Of a stretch of DNA of 47,358 bases, positions 11,096 through 23,539 are shown in pieces. Location: positions 57,753,615-57,800,972 of the forward strand of contig NC_057718.1 in NCBI RefSeq assembly GCF_004010195.1, in the 5' to 3' direction. The stretch comes from Chiloscyllium plagiosum (lineage: Eukaryota). The notes beneath the pieces are model-generated. The model had not been told where the DNA came from. It searched no databases and worked only from the letters and a program-made list of their open reading frames with translations. A program made the position numbers and the translations under genes. Numbering within the stretch: the stretch's first letter is position 1; every line of letters starts with the position of its first letter.

Positions 11096-14059
11096 CAACC
11101 TGAAGGCAGGGTCAGGTATCCTTTGGAACAGGGTGGGGTCAACATTTTTTGGAGGAGCATCATATGCCTTTTGAGATTATTAACTTTGGAGTAGAGTGTG
11201 CACAAAAGATGCATAAACCTCTTAGAACGAGCCTACGTGTCAAGAAGTGTCAAGCTGTCAAGAATTGTCAAGCGGCTTCAATCTTTCAAGAAATATTAAA
11301 CTGTCATGAAGTGCGATAGGCATTTCTTGTGTCTGAAAATTGGTGAAGTTGCAGAGATTGTCCCAATTCTATCCTGAAGTTGCCTCAATTCCAATCAGAA
11401 ATGGTCATAGATAGGCCAGGAAATCTGGTTCACAAGCGTAACAAATGAGATTGTTTCACAGTTTTGTAATCTCTTGAGACAAATTTCAGCTCTCAGGTCG
11501 GATAGAGTTCACACCAACCTATTAGACTAATATCTCTCACACCTTTATATTCCCATAAACAACAACAAACAGTTTCTCTGAGCAGATCTGTATCTTCCTC
11601 TGATCTGAAACTATTGTATGCTAAAAGACTAACACTGTTTTATTGTATGGGGGCTTTCACATTCAAGTTTGAACAGCTTTCTGTCATGGACTTTTTTAAT
11701 TACAGAAGATGGAGAACTGTATACTACTATATCAGCATTTAGAACTTTAAATCAAATACATGTACACTAAATCTGAAGAACGACTTCCTGACTAACAGAA
11801 CTTGTGATGCAAAATGTGGTGAGCATCTCCTGGACTTAATTGAATATTACAGCAGAGGAGAACACCAATTTTATGACCTTCACCAAAATGGCAAATAAGA
11901 ATTGTGATTTTTACAAAGTGCTTCTCTGTCAAAGTGAAACACACCAACTGATTTTAAATTAAATGTCCCCATTGGGCCATTGGTGACACAGTTAAAATAA
12001 TGTCTGGGCTCTCCTGCCTTCATGTCTTGATGTTAAACAACTCTTTTGAGGAGGCAAAATAACACCCAGAAGAAAAATAAAAACAGAAAATGCTGTAAAA
12101 CTTTATTTCAAACCTTTATTTCCAATCTCCAGTATCCACAGCTTTCGATATGGGAAATGGCGAGTCACTGAAACAAAAATGATCACGGGTCTGATGACAT
12201 CATCAGTATTGACACCCTGGTTAAACAACTCTGCAGAAACCAAGAAGAGACCTAGAGGAGAAAGAGTCCCATTGCATGGCTGCATCCTGTACCAGCACCT
12301 TAGGTACACTCAAATTTGGGAGGAGAGAGGATTAACTTGCATAGATTTGAGTATTAATTGATCAATTTTACTGCTACTTATATAACCTTTATTCATAACC
12401 ATTGATAAATGAGAGTTTTTTAAATTCATTATTTCTGTTTTATTTAGTGTTGCCGCATATTTTCTGTGAGTCCAAATAACATTTTAAATCTTTTTTTACC
12501 CCAGGGATGAAAGCATTTGTTTGAAACTAATGACTGCTAACAAAGCAAACCAAAAATTAGCTAGTGTCACAGAGATGAATAATGTAGACTTGATCAATAA
12601 TCAAACAAAATATTAAAGATGAATTCCTCAAAGTGTTAACCTTTACACATTATGAAGTGAGGAATAGAACTGTCATGAACAAATTGACTTTTCTCTTCTT
12701 GGACAGTTGGTTGAATCAGACATTCATAATTTGGCCACACAATGAATTGATGGAATATCATGTCTTAGGGTGATTCAATATTCAACAAATAATCTTTACT
12801 TATTAATTTTTGAATAAACTTATTAACAAAGTATATCATCGTGTTTTTATAAAAATGACAGCACACAAAAGCACAGTTGTCACAAAACCATTTCTGTTCT
12901 GTTTCGATTGTAATGCCTTCTGAAGAAATGAATAAATAATTACTGTCAACTGGAATTATTTGCCACAACTTTTTTGTCAGAGTCTCTCTTACATACATGC
13001 ATGTCATTGCAAAACTTCCCAGTCTGAAGTCAGTGTTATTTTTTACGTACATCATACTTTAAAACACAGACCAATATTTCTACTAATTTAGAGGGAAGGT
13101 CAGGGTTGATAACTGTACAATTGCCTCTGCCGCTGCTTTTACTACACCAGTACAACTGTTGGAGCAGGATGCAAATGTTTTCCAATCAGCCCTTTCTTGC
13201 AGGAGATTTACAACAAAAGACTAGCCACAGTAAAATAGAAAAAAATCAGAGTCCCTTTGCACTGGTTCACTGATGCTTGTTTAGATGCTGAAGGCAATGC
13301 ATTAAGAACTGATGGTGTCTGAATATTATCCAATCAGTTCCTGATGCAGTATCTGCGACATCAGAAAAACTGCTGTCACTGACTGAGGAGCTCAGAGTAC
13401 TTTATATTTACCAGCTGATTCGAGTGCAATGATCTCTATTCAATCTCAACCAAATAATGTGTTTCACATCTTTTATGATAAGCATTACATTCTTTGCGTG
13501 CAAATGCTGAAAGAAACCTCAATTTACACATATCAGGATAATAACAGTGATAAATGTGAAATGAAATCCTTTATCTGCCTACTATTCATATGTATGAATT
13601 ACAACAGGAAATCTACTGAGCAACTTACCCAGGAGTTTTTAAAGCTTCAGTACAATTGATCATCTGGAGCAAACTGCTCTAGAATTGCGAAATGTTTCAC
13701 TTTTGGTCAAGATTCTATTCAAATGCATTGACATAACGCTGAATGTTAAATCTTTCATGCATCAATCTGATCGGCCTGCAACTTTTTAAACTTAAACATT
13801 CCATTAAAAAATTATTTGATATATTTAGTTGTGGTAATCCTGTGCATTTTTATCAACACAGCTGAAAGTGAGTTTAATCACCACAAGGTAAATATTTATA
13901 GTCAGCGTCTTGTCTACCAGCGATGATTAACACAATTTTAAAATAACAAAATAAACTTCAGTAAACTGTACAGAAACATTTCTTGGTTACTTTAGACAAT
14001 AATCAGTTTTATAATAATTTTTAAAATGCACATTCAGATGAGTATGTATATCTGGGATT

Positions 14060-17000
14060 TTGGTTCAAAGTCAAGATTCAACCTATGTATCCTTTACAAG
14101 TTCAATTTTTGAGTTAATATCAGATTTAGACATTGACCTTGGGTAATGTGCTGCAGCTGCAGCGTGTAGGAGCTGCTGGACACCAAATTTATCCAGAGCC
14201 AAATCATCTGCAGTGTTCTCAGCTCAAGGAGCTTTGGAATTGAGTTGAGGAGCTGGATTCTGAACTGCAGATATTGTGTTACACCAGGAAAAGGGAAACA
14301 TACGTGGATAGTTTGCTCCAGAAGGTAGTCACACATCTCAGTCTAGGTAATTCAACTTCAAATTAGTCCATGGTCACAGACAGGATGCTGTGACTGCAGT
14401 TGAGGATGCAAGGGGTCATATTGGAACAACCTCAGCCCCTACAATTGGTCAACAGTTACGTGATTCTTGCAAGTTGAGTGGATGAGAGTAGAGACTGTAG
14501 AGAGAATGAGTGAACTGACCATAGCAGTGTGACACAGAGAGCTATTCAAGTGGAGGGAGGAAACAGTAATGTTATAGTGGTATGGGACTGTGTAAATAGG
14601 GGAATAGATGCGGTTCTGTCCAGCATGAGCTCCAAAGATTGTGTTGCCTGCCTGGTGCCATAGTTAAGAATATCTCCTCCGAAAGGAGATAATCTTAGAG
14701 GGGGACAGGAGCAACCCAGTTGTTATCATCCACATTGATACCAACAACATAGATGGAACTAGAAAGAGGTTCCGCTGAAAGAATTTTAACAGTTAGGAGT
14801 TAAATTAAAATGCAGAACCTCTGGGGTAAAAATCTCAGGATAACGAGTTGAACCGGGGTAAACTGTCATGGAGAAAATAAAGTGCAGGAGTTAATCTCAT
14901 GTTTCAGAGGTGTGGGTGGAATTGGTTTCAGTTTATTGGGCATTGGCACCAATATGGTAGAGTCGTAGAGATGTACAGCATGGAAACAGACCCTTCGGTC
15001 CAACCCCTCCATGCTGACCAGATATCCCAACCCAATCTAGTCCCACCTGCCAGCACCCGGCCCATATCCCTCCAAATCCTTCTTATTCATATACCCATCC
15101 AAATACCTCTTAAATGTTGCAATTGTACCAGCCTCTACCACATCCTCTGGCAGCTCATTCTATACACATACCACCCTCTGCGTGAAAAGGTTGCCCCTTA
15201 GGTCTCTTTTATATTCACTAAACCTCTCACCCTAAACCTATGCCCTCTAGTTCTGGACTCCCTGACCCCAGGGAAAAGACTTTGCCTATTTACCCTATTC
15301 ATGCCCCTCATAATTTTGTAAACCTCTATAATGCCACCCTTCGGCCTCCAACACTCGAGGGAAAACAGCCCCAGACTGTTCAGCCTCTCCCTATAGCACA
15401 AATCCTCCAACCCTGGCAACATCCTTGTAAGTCTTTTCTGAATCCTTTCAAGTTTCACAACATCTTTCCAATAGGAAGAAGACCAGAATTGCAAGCAATA
15501 TTCCAACAGTGGCCTAACTAATGTCCTGTACAGCTGCAACATGACCTCCCAACTCCTGTACTCAATACTCTGACCAATAAAGGAAAGTATACCAAACGCC
15601 TTCTTCACTATCCTATCCTACCTGCAACACCACTTTCAAGGAGCTATGAACCTGCACTCCAAGGTCTCTTTGTTCAGCAACACTCCTGAGGACCTTACCA
15701 TTAAGTGTATAAGTCCTGCTAAGATTTGCTTTCCCAAAATGCAGCACCTCACATTTATCTGAAATCCATCTGAACTCCATCTCAGCCCATTGGCCCATCT
15801 AGTCCAGATCCTGTTGTAATCTGAGGTAACCCTCTTCGCTGTCCACTACACTTCCAATTTTGGTGTCATCTGCTGCTCTGCCCTCATCAATCTTCTTTGT
15901 TACGTCTTCAAAAAGCTCAATCAAGTTTGTGAGACATGATGTTCCAGTCAGATGGGTTTCACTTGAACTGTGCTGGAACCAGTACTGTTGCAAATCAAAT
16001 AATGAGAGCTGTAGAGAGGGCTTTAAACTAGTTAAAAATGGTTGAGGAGGCTTGGAAGAGGGGCAATGCAGGATTACAAAGCACAAGGATATGGGAGCAT
16101 GGAGTAAAAGATTCTATATGAAACAGTGATCATTAAATGATAGATTTTATTATTTTTTTGTAAGTGACAACTTAGGTTGGAAACAACTATACTAAAAACT
16201 TACACAAGTGTAATAATGAAGAAATGACAGCAGAGTTAGCGGGAGTAAAGTGGGAAAAGAAATGTAGCAAAAAAGCCCTTGGAGGAACAGTGGCAGGGAT
16301 TTAAGAAAACAATTCATGACTCACAATCAAGATATATCCCAGTGAAGAAGAATGATTCTAGGAAAGGGATAAACCAAGTAAATGGATATCGGCCCCTTGG
16401 AACAGTTAAGTGAGTGGGCAACAACCTGGCAGATGGAATATAATGTGGGGAAAATGCGAGGTTGTGCTCTGTAGCAGAAAGAATAGAGGTGATGAATATT
16501 ATTTATTAAAAGAGACTACAGAGAGCTACAGAGAAGGATTTGGGAGCTGTCATATATAAAGCACAAAAAGCTAGCACACAAGTTCAACAAGTAATAAGAA
16601 AGGCAAATGGAATGCTGGCTTCGATTTCAAAGGGAATGAAGTATAAAAATCAGAAAGTCTTGCTAATACTATGCAAGCCACTATTTAGACATGCCTAGGA
16701 CACAGCAAAAGTTTTGGTTCCCATTATCTAGGGAAATATACACTGACATTGGAGGTAGTCCAAAGAAGGTTGATCCCCAGTTTGGAGATGTCTTCTTATG
16801 AGAAGATTGGGCCTGTATTTGTTGGCGTTGAGAAGAAGGAGAAATAATCATATTATAAAAAAAGAGATACTTAGGGGGCTTGACAGGGTAGATGATGATT
16901 TTGTGGGAGAGTCTTGGATCAAAGGGCATAATCTCATAGTAAAATGTTTCTCATTGAGGACAGAGATGAAGATGAATTTCTTTTAACGGGCCTTGTGAAT

Positions 17001-17215
17001 CTGTGGAATTCTTTACTGCAGAGTGCTGTAGAAGTTGGGTCGTAAAGTGTGTTCAAGGCAGATAAATTTTTAATTAATAAAGGGAATCGAGTGTTATGGG
17101 AAAATGTAGGAAAGTGGAGTGGAGAGCTACCAGTGCAGCCATGATCTCATTGAATAGAAGAGCAGACGTGATGGGTGAAATAGTCTACTTCTGTTGCGAT
17201 GTTTTATGACCTTAT
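14060..17215 (+). mobile_element. Old CR1 LINE with ORF1 (esterase-like) remnants and deleted ORF2 to the 3' end; hosts a young CR1 insertion
   Basis: About 14570-14750 gives VIVVWDCVNRGID, LCCLPGAIVKNIS and PVVIIHIDTNNI. After the insertion it resumes with DGFHLNCAGTS...AVERALN* (about 15950-16030). ORF2 C-terminal remnants lie at 16400-17100. Confidence 0.75.
14959..15940 (-). mobile_element. Young CR1 (HER1-like) LINE, 5'-truncated, with an internal RT deletion
   Basis: ORFs 15198-15608, 15613-15798 and 15799-16086 closely match the copy at 45408-46920. 3' end TTTCCATGCTGTACATCTCTACGACTCT. Confidence 0.93.
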
Positions 17216-17844
17216 TGGCATCATGCACCGAAAGAAAAGGTTTAATTTAAGAGCCTTCCAGATGGTGAGAAGGGCCATAGTTAGCCAAAACACAATAATT
17301 CACTCTTGATGTCTGGGCTATCAGAGACTAGGCTTAAAAATGAGGTGCGTATCAGAGTTCTGTAGAAATCATGAAATGTGGAAGTCCATGAGAATGACCC
17401 AAGACATTTCAACTTCTGATGGGCAATTCCCTTGTTCCTGGGAGTCAAAGTGAATATGTCTAGCTTTAAGTTACAGTTAGAGACTTGGGACTGAGCTACG
17501 TACATTAGAAACATTAGACAGATTAAAATTTAGTGTCTTGCCTGGGTAATTACACAGCTGTCCCAACTCAATCACTCACACTGACACATCCGCCTACCCT
17601 CCTGATCACCTTGATTCCTCTTCTGATCAGCAAGCCAGCCCCTGATATTATGACTACCCTCCCAAATCGGTGAGCGGGTAGGCTGAAAGTAACTCTATCC
17701 CTACTCATACCACCCAACTGCTCACTGTCTGACCACACAACTACCCTCTTGACCCAACCTAACTACCATCCTGAAATGAACTGATTGACTGTCTGTACAC
17801 GCCTGCACACCCACCTACCCATTCATCCAACAACCTCAACCTTC

Positions 17845-18645
17845 CTCGAAAGTGGTATCGAAGGTAGACTGGACGGTGAAGAGGAATTTTGGCATATTTT
17901 CCTTCATCGGCCAGAGCATTGAGTATAGGATTAAATAAACTGAAAGAACTACGAATACTGTAAATCAGAAATCCTTCTGAGGAAGGGTCACTGGACCCGA
18001 AACATTATTATCAATTTCTGTTCATAGCTGCTTCCAGACCTGCTGACTTTTTTCATCAATTTATGTTTTTGTTATTGAGCGTAGGAGTTGAGATATCATG
18101 TTATGGCTGCACAACTCACTGGTAAGGCCACATTCGGAGTACTGTGCCCAATTCTGGTTGCCCTGCCATATGAAGGATGTTATTAAACTGGAAAGGGTGC
18201 AAAACATATTTCCAAGGATGTTACCAAGACTGAAAAATTTGAGTTATAAGTAGAGGCTGGGACTTTTTTTCTGTGGAGCATAGGAGGCTGTGGAGTGACA
18301 TTGTAAAGGTTTGTAAAATCATGAGGAGCATAGATAAAGTGAATAGCCAAGGTTAGTTCCCCAGCGGAGGGGAGTTCAAAGCTAAAGGGCAAAGATTGAA
18401 AGTGAGAGGGGAAGGATTTAAAAAGGGACTTGAGGGACAGAGAATGGTGTTTATATGGAACGAGCTACCAGAGGAAGTGGTAAAGGTGGGTAAGATTACA
18501 ACATTTTGACAGGAAAATGGAGAGGAAAGGTTCAGAGGGAAATAGGCCTATGCAGGCAAATGGGCTGCTTCAGTTTGGGAAACCTGGTCGGCATAGATGA
18601 GTTTAGCAGAAGGTTTCCATTCTGTATGACTTTATGACACTGTCA
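17845..18645 (+). mobile_element. CR1 LINE 3' portion, interrupted by a hammerhead-bearing element
   Basis: FIGQSIEYR / SWDIMLWLHNSLVRPHSEYCAQFW-type motifs, with a (TATGAC)-like tail at about 18625-18650. Confidence 0.85.
17931..18073 (+). mobile_element. Short Penelope-derived element with a hammerhead core, flanked by a TSD
   Basis: CTGAGGA (17977-17983), A, GGGTC-ACTG-GACCC, GAAA. TSD ATTGAGTATAGGA (17918-17930) / ATTGAGCGTAGGA (18074-18086). Confidence 0.8.
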
Positions 18646-18754
18646 CTATGACACCCACTTATATTTGACTCCTAGTGTCATAGAAAGGGGATGGAGTTCT
18701 CCAAGGAACACTCTGTGCTATGTTTCTGGGACAGCTGGTTTTGGAAGAGCTTGG

Positions 18755-18843
18755 TAGAACAGCTTCTTCCTCGCTGTTATGAGAAACAATACTTTTCACT
18801 GTATCTCCACACGTGTCAATGATAAATCAAATTGAATCAAATG
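18755..18843 (+). mobile_element. Rex1/Babar-like LINE 3' end remnant
   Basis: AACAGCTTCTTCCTCGCTGTTAT (NSFFxAV), then ACTTTTCACTGTATCTCCACACGTGTCAATGATAAATCAAATTGAATCAAAT, homologous to the tail at 39293-39345 (minus). Confidence 0.6.
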
Positions 18844-18999
18844 TGCAGTGTTGAGTTGGGGGAACTTTTGAGTGACACAGCAATTTTTGAGTGAGGATAA
18901 TGATTGCCACCCATGGAAGTGGCAATTTCATTACATTACTAGAAATTTGGTGTGTGAGAGGTATAAACTGTGCTTGAAATTCCTTTGTCCATTTTTATA

Positions 19000-19920
19000 G
19001 TTATTCATGGGATGTGACAGTTTCTGGATAGGCTAGTATTTATTGTTGTTCCCCAATTAACCTAGAGAAGGTGATGGGGAATTTCCCTCACAAACTGCTG
19101 CAGTCCTTAGGGTCTCGAAGTTACAGGTTTGAAGGGAGCCTTGGTAAGTTGTTGCGATATATCTTGTAAATCACCCATTGCTGCCACTGTCCATCAATGG
19201 TATAGGGAACAAAGCCATTAGATAGGGATACCAATTAAACAGATTGCTTTGTCTTTGTCCTAGATGACGTTGGGTGTCTTGGGTGTTGTTGGAGTTGTCC
19301 TCATTCAGGTAAGTTGGGAGTATTTTAGTGCACTCCTGCTTGTGCCTTGTAGATGGCAGACAGGCTTTTGGGAGTCAGAGTAAGTTAATTACTACAAAAT
19401 TTTCAGCTTCTTACCTGTGTTTTTTGCCACAGTATTTTTATGGATAGTCTAGTTCAGTTTATGGTCAATGGTAACCCCCAGAATGTTGAACATAGGCAAC
19501 ATAAATTTCACTGAGTTTGAAGGAGCACTGGTTAGATTCTCTAATGTTGAAGATGGTCATTGCCTGACACTTATGTGGTGCAAATGTTGCTTGCCCTTTA
19601 ACCTCGCAAGTCTGAATGTTGTCTAGGTCTTGCTGCATTTGCCAATTAACTGCTGAAATATTTTTGAGTTGGGAGTGATGCTAACCATTGTACAATCATT
19701 AGCAAACATCCCTACCACTGACATTGTGATGGAGGGAAAGTCATTGATGAAGGAGCTGAAGAGGGTTCAGATACCATCTTGAGGAACTGTCACAATAACA
19801 TCCTTGGCTGACCTCCAACAACCATGACCATCTTCCATCATGCTACATTTGACTCCAACCAGTTGCCAGTATTCATCCCGATTCCCGCTGACTCCAGTGT
19901 TGATAAGGGTCCTTGATCTT
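19000..19920 (-). mobile_element. LINE family B 3' portion, decayed
   Basis: Colinear with 5590-6660 (TTCATGGGATGTG..., GGTCAATGGTAACCCCCAG..., GCAAACATCCCTACCACTGAC). Confidence 0.8.
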
Positions 19921-21067
19921 TGCTGGTTTGATCAATTCCAGAAGAATTGCACTGAAAATAACTGCAGTCTCTGTTATTTAACAATCAGCATCATAGTTCT
20001 CTTGACACTAAGTTACTGTACTTAGCATAATCCCAGTGACCACTGTGGGGGGACAATATTGGACACTCACAGTTGCCAGCTGAGATTAAGCCAACTTACA
20101 GCAATTGTTGTTAGTCTTGAAAAATAAAGTATCAAGTCAGTGGACTTCCACTTTTACATATGCCTGAAGTTCTGGCCATTCCCATATAGCACCATGCATA
20201 TCCAGCAGATAATGGAGATTGTTGAGTAAAGGCTTCAGGATCCTGGAGCACCCTGGTGAAGATGTCAGAGTTGCATGTCACTGACCATAAATAACAGTGT
20301 GGGCAGATTTCTAACCTAGTAAAGAGCACTCTAGAATGAGTCAGATTCCTGATACACATGACCATGAATATATGAAGCTCAATTAGTCCTTACAAAATGT
20401 AACCATAAAGGTTAGAGCCTGGCATATCCTTAGCAGTCAAAAAGTTGTTGAATCTTATTGGATGAAGCCATTTTGAGAAGGTCCTACCCACAAACCTTTG
20501 GATGTCCTCCAGACATTTTGGAAAAATAATGTCTTCATTCATCTCAATGAAGATGTCATTTGGTAAAGAAACTAAAACTTTACATTGAAAACAACACTTA
20601 AAACAGTAAAAACTTCAACAACTTTCAGCTTCAGTAATGCAACAAGAAGCTTTAAAACAAAGAATCTAGTTTTAAATCAACAAATAATTCAGCAAGGCAA
20701 CAAAATGCATAATATAAGAAGATCAAAATCCTAACAATTAACATCCAAATCGCAAATAATATTGAAACTTCAAGTGCCTGTAAGGTCTCCATAGTCCCAG
20801 AAGCCCACAAAGCTGCTCTGTCAGGAGGAAGATGACTGGTGGTGGCTTGCATTGACTCAGAAACCACTGCCGCACATGGATCTGACAGGCAGCAGGAAAA
20901 TGTAGCGGGAACATAGCTGAGGAAGTGTCAGCCATTTTGGCTATGTGCAATACTTAACACTTTTCTGTGGAAATTTCTACTGGCCATTATTCAATCAGCT
21001 TGGATGCCCATTTGGAATTTGAATTGCTTGTTTTGTTTCTACTTTCTTTCTTAGATTTCCTAAAGTC

Positions 21068-21826
21068 CAAGATGGCAACGGAGTAGTGACGCTGCATCCA
21101 AGGTCTTGGCCCAGGGCTTATCTGCTTCCGTCTGCTTTCTTTGTTTCTGCTTTTATTTTTTAACTTCTGCTTTTCACTTTTCCTTTTTTCTTTCATTTTA
21201 TTTTGCTTTAATGCCTTTTCGGTGTCTTCAGCAAGGCTAGACCGGGCCCAGCCATTTGAGCATGTGCGGCAGCAGTGACAAGAGTCGGCTCCTTGGGGAG
21301 AGTGAGCTCTCAGAGAGATCTTGGCAGTAATTAGGGTGGGCCCAGCGGTGAGAGAATGGCACCGGAGAAAGCGACTTTGACGTTGATGGGCCCAGCGCAG
21401 GACTCGATGTGGTGGAAGCGGCACCGCCTTTCAAGAGTTTGGTGACAGCAGGGCACCTCTGTGGTCGAGGTCAGTCAACTGCAGTGATGTGGTTGGCCAG
21501 AGTCATTACTCCTGGTGGATTGACGGGACCAGCGATTGCAGCAGGGGTGATGTGGTAGGCCGGGTATGGTACACCTGGTGACACATCGCTGGCAGCCCCA
21601 GAGCGGGACTCCTGGAATGGACCGTGATGTGTTGGTGGGCCCGAACCCATTGTGGAGACACTCCTCCCTCCCACCAAATGTCAAGAACACAAGAAGGGAG
21701 GAAGAATTCTGTTGTAGTCATATTCTAGTTATATGTTAATATCTTCTGTACCTCAAAATGGTGCTGGGACGTGACAACATACTTTTTACTGTATTTATTT
21801 ATTAAATAAAAGTTCAATTCAAGTCA
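21068..21826 (+). mobile_element. Non-autonomous element with a Rex1/Babar-type tail (copy 2)
   Basis: Head CAAGATGGCAACGGAGTAG (21068-21086), T-rich block, CpG-containing GC-rich body, tail ACTTTTTACTGTA...AATAAAAGTTCAATTCAAGTCAATT. Confidence 0.65.
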
Positions 21827-23539
21827 ATTTGATTGGTATCTGATATAAATTTAATCTTTTTGCATTGGTAAAATTTCTGATTTCAAGAATAACATAAATT
21901 AGGAATAGTCATGATCCAATCATTGAACCTTGAGCCAACCCACTAAATGCTTTAACTCACTAACAATGTCACTCCTCTGACATTCACATCTTGATTTCCA
22001 CTTTCAGACCCTTTCTTATCCATTCCCATGGTTTACTCCAAATTCTTGGAATTTAACCGATAGACTTTAATGTAGCATGTTATCAAGCAGATTTTGGAAT
22101 TCCATGTTGTAGGCTACTCCACATAAGAGAGTGAAGGGAAGTTATGCATACTTGTTTAAAAAATAATGATTGAACAATAAGTTTTAGATTGAATTAGCTA
22201 ACACTACTGAAAATTACATGACTATGTATTCAATATAGTACAGAAAAGTTCAGCAGCCATTCTGGGTTGTATTTTCAGATGTTTCAAAATCTGTCAATGT
22301 CAGTGAAATTTTTTTTGCATGTTTTGGTTATATCTGCTAAACTAGGTGAATGTGATAAACGTTTCAATGAAGTAACTTAGACATGGCATTGAAGTGTAAT
22401 GGATTACACTTAAGCATCTTATTATTTGATTATTTGATTCTATTTTACTCAGATCTACTGTGTGCAACATTTTGCATCAATTCACAGCATTACAGTTGGA
22501 ACATGATGTAAATCTTCAAACTTAAGCAGAGAGGATGAAATGCTTAGTTTTCCCTCTAATTAAAATCTGATCTTGAAATTGGAATCTAAGAAATTGCCGA
22601 TTTCAAATCTCAATGTTTCTGTGAATGTATCAGCTCTTTTATAATGGCATTCTCCCATTTTGTTTTTGAAAAAATATTATTACCTTTGCGGTTATTAAAT
22701 TGCGGTTATTATTACCTTTGCGGTAGTTTAATAGGGTTATTCTCATTAAGAAGCTGTTAGTAGAGACAACAGACTACAGAATCTCTGTAGACCATTGTGA
22801 GATTGTGACAATACTTCACAGTTGCCTGCAGAGATTATCTAGTCTGCAGCTATCCAGCAGTTAGAGCGCACAACACATTCTTTTCCTTAGAAAAAAAAAT
22901 TATGTCATTAAATTACATTCTGGAAGCAACCAACACATTCAATTTTGTTGTATTTTGCCAACCTCCTTTCAATCAGTGACACATTCTTGTACTGTTAAAA
23001 TTTCATTGAAGAATGTGTGTTTTCAGAAAATTAAGGTTAAGTCTGCCTCCATTTAGCTAGATTGGCCCACAGCGGTTTACCAGCCATTGAGCCATTGATT
23101 GGCTCAGAGTTGAACTTTTCACCCCAACTGGGAGATGGACTCGGCTTCCAAAAGTTGCTGGCTATCATATGGCTGGCATCCCAATGGTGCCAAATGGGAG
23201 CAGTGGACACTAATGGGATAACAGATAGTCCTCAACATCCAGGAATCATGTTGCCATGCACTCAGGTAAATCCAGACATTCACCAGGTACAGGCTGACAG
23301 GTCCTGAGAGGGGCATGAGGCTCATGTACAATGGAGTGAGAGGGGTAACAAACAGAGGGGAAAATTACCAAAAGCATGAGCTCCAATTTGTACTGGGTGT
23401 GGACATTTCCATCTGCTGGTAAAATACCATGAATTAGCCATGATTGCTTGCCCCACCACCAATAAAAGTCCTGCACTGGCGGATAGGAAATAGACACTGC
23501 TCCACCATGGCAACTGAGTTAACACATTACAGCGGGTTC

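Noticed and set aside
11695..11790. Acceptor-like TTTTTTAATTACAG as a possible coding exon start
   Set aside because: All three frames stop within about 70 nt, and no clear donor precedes the stops.
12190..12215. CTGATGA within the hairpin CTGATGACATCATCAG as a hammerhead
   Set aside because: No stem II followed by GAAA.
17560..17840. C-rich strand-biased tract (also G-rich 9010-9190 and 35500-35720) as a structured element
   Set aside because: Degenerate low-complexity sequence, probably internal to old repeats, with no regular unit I can define.
20987..21721. GC/CpG-rich block with overlapping ORFs as a CpG-island promoter or gene
   Set aside because: It lies within the Rex1-tailed repeat, and the Lys-rich ORF is the antisense of its T-rich tract.
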